Virus record (IMG/VR): IMGVR_UViG_2541047758_000009
Source of the DNA: a virus
Lineage: Duplodnaviria; Heunggongvirae; Uroviricota; Caudoviricetes
Length of the DNA stretch: 4,359 bases
Reading direction: 5' to 3' (one strand)
Shown here piece by piece: positions 1 through 4,359 of this stretch (its first letter is position 1; each line of letters starts with the position of its first letter). The notes beneath the pieces were generated by a model. That model was not told where the DNA came from. It worked only from the letters and a program-made list of their open reading frames with translations, and made no database searches. The position numbers were made by a program, and so were the translations under genes.

Positions 1-519
1 CTGCGCCTCATCCGTAAACAGCGATTCTTTTTCGCCATGCGCATCCACCCAGGCATCGCAGAGTTCCTCATACATCATGAAAAGCTGCGATGAGATACGG
101 GCAGCAAACTTTTTCAGCTCCTTGTCATTCATTCCCGGTAGGCGCGCATAGTGGTCACGCTCTGCCAGAAACAGCAACGACGCGTCGGTGTTCATTTCAT
201 GGCGCTGATTCACACGCTCAATGCGCGGCCATAAACGACGCTGAAAAGTGGATGTGAGGAAATAAAACCCGTGCACCGGGCTTTTATTGCGCCGGATGTA
301 GTCATAGCGTGAAGTAAACAGCGAGCGCAAAAAGTAAGGCAGGCGGTTAATCGTGGATAAAACACCTTGCACCTGACGCATCTCGTCACGTGTAAGAGGT
401 CTTTCTCGCCCGACGGCCTCACGTGGCGCGTTCCATGCATAAGCACCGGTAAACGTCTTACCGGTGCCTGCGGCAAATGCTGACGAAGGGACAAAACGCC
501 CGGAGGCTTTAACGGCCAT
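1..519 (-). CDS. A: Replication initiation endonuclease, P2 gpA-like; N-terminal 173 codons only, gene continues beyond the window start
   Basis: Minus-strand frame is open from ATG at 519..517 to position 1 with no stop; it is absent from the ORF track only because it is truncated by the window edge. My translation begins MAVKASGRFVPSSAFAAGTGKTFTGAYAWNAPREAVGRERPLTRDEMRQVQGVLSTINRLPYFLRSLFTSRYDYIRRNKSPVHGFYFL..., which I recognise as the N-terminus of P2-type A protein. Its position downstream of B and the small early ORFs matches P2 gene order. The start overlaps the stop of the upstream ORF by 11 nt. Confidence 0.85.
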   Translation of the reverse strand, partial: MAVKASGRFVPSSAFAAGTGKTFTGAYAWNAPREAVGRERPLTRDEMRQVQGVLSTINRLPYFLRSLFTSRYDYIRRNKSPVHGFYFLTSTFQRRLWPRIERVNQRHEMNTDASLLFLAERDHYARLPGMNDKELKKFAARISSQLFMMYEELCDAWVDAHGEKESLFTDEAQ

Positions 520-784
520 GTGAGCCAAAAGCCTCTGAGCAACGCTTGCTGAGTTGCTCAACCTGCGCGTTTAAATCGGCAAAAGATTTTGCGCTTCCGG
601 TCAGAATATCGTGATGCATCAGGCCGGAAACGAGCTGGCTTAATTTCGGGTAATAACCAACCACCGCCAGCCACTCCTGACCGGCGTTTTTACCGCTTTC
701 CGCTCTCTTTTTCTCGTGGAGAATAAACTGGAAGCTGTCACTGGTAACCACATAACGTTCGCCAATTTCAATACGAATGCTCAT
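509..784 (-). CDS. Small conserved early protein of unknown function, 91 aa, at the P2 orf83 position immediately upstream of A
   Basis: ORF track 509..784. ATG at 784..782 is preceded by GGAG with a 6-nt spacer. The start overlaps the stop of the TraR-like gene as ATGA (781..784) and the stop TAA at 509..511 lies inside the A start region. GC is about 50%, like its neighbours. No named motif recognised. Confidence 0.7.
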   Translation of the reverse strand: MSIRIEIGERYVVTSDSFQFILHEKKRAESGKNAGQEWLAVVGYYPKLSQLVSGLMHHDILTGSAKSFADLNAQVEQLSKRCSEAFGSHGR

Positions 785-1005
785 GCCATTCTCCGGTAAT
801 GTTTGTTTTTTGCTTCAAAGACTGACTGACAGGAAACACAACGCGTGGCTGACGGATAGGCCGCACGACGGGCAGCAGGTATTGGCGCATCACACTCTTC
901 GCAAACCAACGCAGAAACACCGCAATGTTTTACCCTTGCCGCGTTAATCTGGCGCTCCAGTAATTCAGCCTGTTGTTCCTGAATAAAATCCACGTTGTCC
1001 GGCAT
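781..1005 (-). CDS. TraR/DksA-family C4-type zinc-finger protein, 74 aa
   Basis: ORF track 781..1005. The protein contains CEEC-(17 aa)-CVSC, i.e. the C-x2-C-x17-C-x2-C spacing of the DksA/TraR C4 zinc finger. ATG at 1005..1003 is preceded by AAGGAG with a 6-nt spacer. The stop TAA of the upstream ORF overlaps this ATG as TAATG. Hand-counted GC is about 50%. Confidence 0.85.
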   Translation of the reverse strand: MPDNVDFIQEQQAELLERQINAARVKHCGVSALVCEECDAPIPAARRAAYPSATRCVSCQSVFEAKNKHYRRMA

Positions 1006-1295
1006 TACCAGCTCCTTTTGTCGTTCAGTTTCTTAAATTCATCAGCGCAATAGCTGGCGATTTCTGTCGTTAATTTTGTCAGTTCATCCACGGATGAAAT
1101 TTGCTTATGAAATACAGCGCGTTTAACAAGTAAATTAACCACATCAGACAGGAGATTTAATTTATCCGCATAAATGGCTATAGTTGATTCCACCATATCC
1201 CCAGTGTTTTTATCGCGTTTAATATCAGCTAGCGACAAATCACCATTTTTCATGACTGAAATCTTCAGCCAGTTATTAAGCAATATATTTTTCAT
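1005..1295 (-). CDS. Hypothetical protein, 96 aa, low GC, unrecognised family
   Basis: ORF track 1005..1295. ATG at 1295..1293 overlaps the stop of the upstream ORF as ATGA, so it is translationally coupled inside the operon. Hand-counted GC is about 36% against about 50% for flanking genes. Predicted helical and fairly acidic; no hydrophobic segment long enough to span a membrane and no motif I can name. Confidence 0.6.
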   Translation of the reverse strand: MKNILLNNWLKISVMKNGDLSLADIKRDKNTGDMVESTIAIYADKLNLLSDVVNLLVKRAVFHKQISSVDELTKLTTEIASYCADEFKKLNDKRSW

Positions 1296-1537
1296 TCGCT
1301 ATATGCTCTCTCCGCAGAATCAATCATTTCCCGGCCATTATCGGTAATACAGAAACCTTCTCTTGATTTGGTCACAAGCCCCCATTTCCCCATTGCTATA
1401 AATGCTTTTTCCACACGACTAGGACAGGAGCGGAAGACATCGCTTGAAGGATGTAGTGGAGTCTTGTCATCTAATTTTTTAAGTAATGAAAGTTGATAAT
1501 CTGTTAAGCGTTTCCTGAACCATTTTGTATTTGTCAT
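1292..1537 (-). CDS. Hypothetical protein, 81 aa, low GC, unrecognised family
   Basis: ORF track gives 1292..1543 with a TTG start. I prefer the first ATG at 1537..1535, which is preceded by AGGAAA with a 7-nt spacer. Product starts MTNTKWFRKRLTDYQLSLLKKL...; the N-terminus is basic. Hand-counted GC is about 40%. Stop TGA at 1292..1294 overlaps the next start. Confidence 0.6.
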   Translation of the reverse strand: MTNTKWFRKRLTDYQLSLLKKLDDKTPLHPSSDVFRSCPSRVEKAFIAMGKWGLVTKSREGFCITDNGREMIDSAERAYSE

Positions 1538-1551
1538 CTCCAACTTTCCTG

Positions 1552-1764
1552 TTATTTATTGAGTCCTAGATTATGGAATTTGGCAGATTCCTGACTGAGC
1601 AACTCGACTATCTCCACGCGGGATAACTCCGCCTTTGTGATGTGGCGAATCATGGCGTCAAGATGAGAAGAGAAGCGCGTCGCTGCGTCGGCCTGTGCTT
1701 CGGTTCTGGCCTGTTGCAGCAGTAATGCGTATTTACCGCACTGATTTTCAGAAACTGTATGCAT
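1552..1764 (-). CDS. Small early protein of unknown function, 70 aa, at the P2 orf80 position downstream of B
   Basis: ORF track gives 1552..1797 with a TTG start. The ATG at 1764..1762 is preceded by GGAG with a 6-nt spacer and is the more credible start ([15 protein letters not shown]...). It is separated from B by a 63-bp spacer that contains a small hairpin. Confidence 0.65.
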   Translation of the reverse strand: MHTVSENQCGKYALLLQQARTEAQADAATRFSSHLDAMIRHITKAELSRVEIVELLSQESAKFHNLGLNK

Positions 1765-1827
1765 GACTTTCTCCAGGCAAAAAGAAGCCCCGCACAATTA
1801 AGTGCGTTAAAAACTCTGGTTAATTAC

Positions 1828-2328
1828 TTAATGCAGATATTGCTCTGGTTTTACCGACGTCAGAATTGTCGGTGCATACTCAAACAGACTGAATAATTCA
1901 CGTAATGCACGGAATAAAGCATCACGCCAGTAACATGATTCTTCATTAATTCGCCAGTATGGCTGGTTAAATTCTTTTTCTGTCAGTCGTGCGTGCATAA
2001 ATAAAGTGCGACGCTGACTGACGGTTAAAAAACTAATATATGCATACTCACTTGCGCCAACCTGACGGCGTTTTGAGAATGCCCCACGCAATTCATCAAT
2101 TGCACATACCAGTCGTTCACGTTCGACATCATTCATTTCTTCAAAACGCATCGTTGCGTGACGCTGTTTTAACTGAGCATGGAAGCAAACCGTTAGTCGT
2201 TCGCGCTCCATCATCTGATTATAATAATCGCATGTCTCCTGCCAGCGAGGGACGGCCAGATGCTTACCAATTATCCGGCGCATAGTTGCTGGCTGTTTTT
2301 CAACGAGATTGAGCGTCATCACTGTCAT
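1828..2328 (-). CDS. B: Phage replication protein, P2 gpB-like, 166 aa
   Basis: ORF track 1828..2334 (MEMTVMTL...). The second ATG at 2328..2326 has GGAGG 8 nt upstream, whereas the first ATG has only a 2-nt spacer, and it forms an ATGA overlap with the stop of the upstream small ORF. The resulting 166 aa and its position between cox/orf78 and the small ORFs preceding A match P2 gene B as I recall it. Homology is recognised by reading, not verified by search. Confidence 0.75.
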   Translation of the reverse strand: MTVMTLNLVEKQPATMRRIIGKHLAVPRWQETCDYYNQMMERERLTVCFHAQLKQRHATMRFEEMNDVERERLVCAIDELRGAFSKRRQVGASEYAYISFLTVSQRRTLFMHARLTEKEFNQPYWRINEESCYWRDALFRALRELFSLFEYAPTILTSVKPEQYLH

Positions 2329-2495
2329 TTCCATACCCTCCGGCTTTTCAGAAAGGTCAGAGCCTTTTTTAACGGACTCTGTTTTTTGGTGCGGATAATG
2401 ATTCCCTTACGCCCCTTACCGTGGGTGATGGTGAAGTCAATCGCCCTGGGGCTTTCGTTACGCAATAACTGAGCAATACAACGAGGCTCGTTCAT
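2325..2495 (-). CDS. Small basic protein, 56 aa, at the P2 orf78 position between cox and B
   Basis: ORF track lists a longer ORF 2325..2615 that overlaps the cox 3' end in another frame. The internal ATG at 2495..2493 lies 10 nt after the cox stop TAA (2506..2508), inside TAAGGTGGAAAGGATG, which provides an SD. The product MNEPRCIAQLLRNESPRAIDFTITHGKGRKGIIIRTKKQSPLKKALTFLKSRRVWK is strongly basic. Stop TGA overlaps the B start as ATGA. Confidence 0.5.
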   Translation of the reverse strand: MNEPRCIAQLLRNESPRAIDFTITHGKGRKGIIIRTKKQSPLKKALTFLKSRRVWK

Positions 2496-2505
2496 CCTTT
2501 CCACC

Positions 2506-2877
2506 TTAAGCCGCACGGCCATGTCTTGATTTGCTGTAACTAATGCGATTTTTCCAGTCATGCCATTCTGTCGGAGCTTCATCAACCAGTTGGGCTGCGT
2601 ACTTGTCCCACTCACGGCGATTAATCCATAATTCAGCTTTCCCTCTTGGTTTTAATGGGTCTGTCATGTAGAAGGCTGGCAGCTTTCCTGCTTTAGCCAT
2701 TTCAGCCACCGCGCGTGGTGTCTTACCGATGTAAAGAGCAAAACCCTCTTTCGACAGCAAATCTGATGGGCGCTCTGAAATCTGAATGCTTTTACGTTTG
2801 GCTTCATTTTCGAAACTTGCCTCATCGCTAGTTGGACAAGAAATTTCTACATTTGTCGTCACTTTGCTATCCTCCAT
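2506..2877 (-). CDS. cox: Cox-like excisionase / early-promoter regulator, 123 aa from ATG or 118 aa from the alternative GTG at 2862
   Basis: ORF track 2506..2877. The segment EGFALYIGKTPRAVAEMAKAGKLPAFYMTDPLKPRGKAELWINRREW resembles the P2 Cox DNA-binding core as I recall it. It is the first gene of the leftward operon and divergent from C, as in P2. The ATG at 2877 has no SD; a GTG at 2862..2860 lies 7 nt downstream of GGAGGA and is an equally plausible start. The conserved core is preceded by about 40 residues that P2 Cox (91 aa) lacks. Confidence 0.75.
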   Translation of the reverse strand: MEDSKVTTNVEISCPTSDEASFENEAKRKSIQISERPSDLLSKEGFALYIGKTPRAVAEMAKAGKLPAFYMTDPLKPRGKAELWINRREWDKYAAQLVDEAPTEWHDWKNRISYSKSRHGRAA

Positions 2878-2970
2878 AAGATTTGCGATTCACCAACTGG
2901 AGCCATCTAGAGCCTTTTTGAGTGAATCGCAAATTGCCAAGTAACAATATAATTGGAGATTAGCAAAATT
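2878..2970. promoter_or_regulatory. Divergent immunity switch region between cox and C, expected to hold the early and lysogenic promoters and the operator sites
   Basis: 93-bp intergenic spacer between divergent regulatory genes. It contains a perfect 13-bp inverted repeat, a central TCTAGA palindrome (2906..2911) and an AT-rich block with TATAAT at 2948..2953. TTGCGA, a -35-like hexamer, sits in each repeat arm pointing inward, consistent with face-to-face promoters. Exact promoter positions cannot be fixed from sequence alone. Confidence 0.5.
2881..2934. repeat. Perfect 13-bp inverted repeat, ATTTGCGATTCAC (2881..2893) and GTGAATCGCAAAT (2922..2934), separated by 28 bp
   Basis: Read directly from the sequence: the two arms are exact reverse complements. 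They are the only copies of this 13-mer in the window. Candidate operator pair or RNA stem. Confidence 0.9.
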
Positions 2971-3270
2971 ATGTCAAGTGAACAAAGTGAAAAACTAAAG
3001 CTCATCCGTGAATCCGAACGCCTTAAAACTAAGGAACTTGCTGAATTAATTGGAATTAATTACTACACATATCATGGATATGAATCAGGAAAATCAAAAA
3101 TGCCTATGGAAGCAGGTATGAAGCTGTTTAAGCATCCACGCTTTCGCAAGTATCGTGACTGGTTCATGTTTGATGAAACAGATCCAGCAGCTGGACAAAT
3201 AGCCCCGGCTCTCGCACACATTGGGCAAGACTCAACAACCTTGCACCACTCAGACCAAAAGACTGGCTGA
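2971..3270 (+). CDS. C: Immunity repressor, P2 C-type, 99 aa, helix-turn-helix
   Basis: ORF track gives 2953..3270 from a TTG. I prefer the ATG at 2971, which gives 99 aa and has GGAG at 2955..2958. The N-terminal region has an Xre-like HTH (TKELAELIGINYYTYHGYESGK). The C-terminal AGQIAPALAHIGQDSTTLHHSDQKTG matches the P2 C repressor tail as I recall it. It lies directly upstream of and co-oriented with int, as in P2. Confidence 0.85.
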   Translation: MSSEQSEKLKLIRESERLKTKELAELIGINYYTYHGYESGKSKMPMEAGMKLFKHPRFRKYRDWFMFDETDPAAGQIAPALAHIGQDSTTLHHSDQKTG

Positions 3271-3363
3271 CGATTTATTCAGCATATGTGTGCAGTAAAT
3301 GTACGAAAGAAAATTGCATTAATTTTCAAGTAGTAGAAGTAAACAGCGTCATCGGAGGGCTTT

Positions 3364-4359
3364 ATGTCTATTAAAAAGCTCGATGATGGTCGTTATGAAG
3401 TGGACGTCAGACCGCAGGGTGCAGATGGAAAACGTATCAGGCGGAAATTTAAAACTAAAGGTGAAGCTCAAGCATTCGAACGTCATGTCCTGGTTAACTA
3501 CCACAACAAAGAGTGGTTGGAGAAGCCGGCCGACCGCCGAACTCTTACAGAGTTGTTAGGCAGATGGTGGATATATCACGGAAAATCACATGAGCGTGGA
3601 GATATTGAACGAGGGCGTTTGACGACAATAATCGCCAAATTTGCCGAGATGGGAGTGTCCAGGGCGGACCAGCTAACAAAGAAAACGATAACTGATTATC
3701 GCGTTGTAATGATGAACGATGGCCTAAAACCAGCCAGCGTAAATCGGCATCTGGCAATAATGAGCGGGATGTTCACCAAGTTAATTGACGCCGGTGAATA
3801 TCACTCTCACAACCCGTTCCGTGAGGTTAAGCGGTTACGTGAAGCTGTTACGGAAATGGCTTTTTTGTCCAGTGAAGAGATTACGCGGCTGTTATCCATG
3901 CTTGATGGTGATGAGTTAAATGCAACTCTGGTCTGCCTTTCTACTGGTGGACGCTGGAGTGAAGTGTCTAATTTGAAAGCTGAACACATCATTAACCAGA
4001 TGGTTACGTTTATGAAAACTAAAAACGGAAAGCGCAGGACAATTCCCGTTTCGCAGGACCTGATTAAACGGATCAAGACCAAAAATTCAGGCAGGCTTTT
4101 TAATGCCAGTTACTACAAAGTGCGCAACGCTCTCAGGGAAGTAAAACCCGATTTACCTGACGGACAGGCAGTGCATGTTTTGAGGCATACATTTGCCACA
4201 CATTTTATAATGAATGGAGGTAACATAATCACATTGCAGCGCATCCTGGGTCATTCTAACATTCAGCAAACTATGACCTACGCACACTTTGCACCGGATT
4301 TCTTACAAGATGCTGTGACTCTTAACCCGGTGTCAAGAATGTCCATAATGCGTCCATAA
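3364..4359 (+). CDS. int: Tyrosine site-specific integrase, P2 Int-like, 331 aa, complete
   Basis: ORF track 3364..4359. GGAGG lies 5 nt upstream of the ATG. The N-terminus MSIKKLDDGRYEVDVRPQGADGKRIRRKFKTKGEAQAFE is typical of P2-family integrases. The C-terminal catalytic signature is present: LSTGGRWSE (Arg), HVLRHTFATH (His-x-x-Arg ... His) and TMTYAHFAP (nucleophilic Tyr). Stop TAA occupies 4357..4359, the last bases of the window. Confidence 0.95.
   Translation: MSIKKLDDGRYEVDVRPQGADGKRIRRKFKTKGEAQAFERHVLVNYHNKEWLEKPADRRTLTELLGRWWIYHGKSHERGDIERGRLTTIIAKFAEMGVSRADQLTKKTITDYRVVMMNDGLKPASVNRHLAIMSGMFTKLIDAGEYHSHNPFREVKRLREAVTEMAFLSSEEITRLLSMLDGDELNATLVCLSTGGRWSEVSNLKAEHIINQMVTFMKTKNGKRRTIPVSQDLIKRIKTKNSGRLFNASYYKVRNALREVKPDLPDGQAVHVLRHTFATHFIMNGGNIITLQRILGHSNIQQTMTYAHFAPDFLQDAVTLNPVSRMSIMRP

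Noticed and set aside
210-542. 110-aa minus-strand ORF from the ORF track
   Set aside because: It lies entirely within the A-like gene but in a different frame. The A frame gives a clearly recognisable replication-protein N-terminus, whereas this translation is Arg/Cys/Leu-rich with no features. Out-of-frame artefact.
2040-2285. 81-aa plus-strand ORF
   Set aside because: Antisense to the well-supported B-like gene. Pro/His/Arg-rich translation typical of a reverse-frame artefact, with no SD.
2260-2472. 70-aa plus-strand ORF
   Set aside because: Antisense to the B start and the small basic ORF. No SD and no recognisable features. Likely spurious.
2496-2615. N-terminal 40 codons of the 2325..2615 ORF as the true start of the small basic protein
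   Set aside because: This part overlaps the cox 3' end out of frame and its ATG at 2615 lacks an SD. The internal ATG at 2495 sits just after the cox stop with a good SD. The long form is kept only as a low-probability alternative in the findings.
2948-2953. Consensus TATAAT hexamer as the -10 of the C promoter
   Set aside because: It lies only 17 nt upstream of the C ATG and upstream of the GGAG, with no acceptable -35 at 16 to 18 bp spacing (the TTGCCA at 2934..2939 is too close). It may be part of the opposing early promoter or just AT-rich spacer, so it is not called as a discrete promoter.
3271-3363. Possible intrinsic terminator or independent int promoter in the C-to-int spacer
   Set aside because: The only hairpin-like sequence (GCATATGTGTGC around 3282..3293) has a 2-nt loop and no following U-tract, and the TTGCAT -35-like hexamer has no good -10 partner. 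Insufficient evidence.
3545-3757. 70-aa minus-strand ORF inside int
   Set aside because: Antisense to the integrase, whose frame has an intact catalytic signature. No independent support.
3807-4082. 91-aa minus-strand ORF inside int
   Set aside because: Antisense to the integrase. Serine/arginine-rich, no SD. Likely spurious.
1-4359. CRISPR repeats, tRNA or rRNA genes, insertion-sequence inverted repeats or transposase
   Set aside because: No spaced direct repeats, no cloverleaf-compatible segments and no transposase-like ORF found on reading both strands. The window is fully accounted for by phage early, immunity and integration genes.

Overview
This window reads as the early-control and replication-initiation end of a P2-family temperate phage or prophage. 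Calls rest on reading the translations and on gene order, not on any database search. A leftward early operon on the minus strand (2877 down to 1) encodes a Cox-like regulator, a small basic ORF, a B-like replication protein, four small ORFs including a TraR/DksA-type C4 zinc-finger protein, and the N-terminal 173 codons of an A-like replication endonuclease that runs off the window start. Divergently on the plus strand lie a C-type immunity repressor (2971..3270) and a complete tyrosine integrase (3364..4359) that ends at the last base of the window. The 93-bp switch region between cox and C carries a perfect 13-bp inverted repeat and mirrored translation-initiation regions. No rRNA, tRNA, CRISPR array or transposable element is visible. 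The main candidate for something new is a low-GC, translationally coupled two-gene cassette (1005..1537) of unrecognised function inside the early operon; the dyad-symmetric switch architecture and the long N-terminal extension on the Cox-like protein also merit follow-up.
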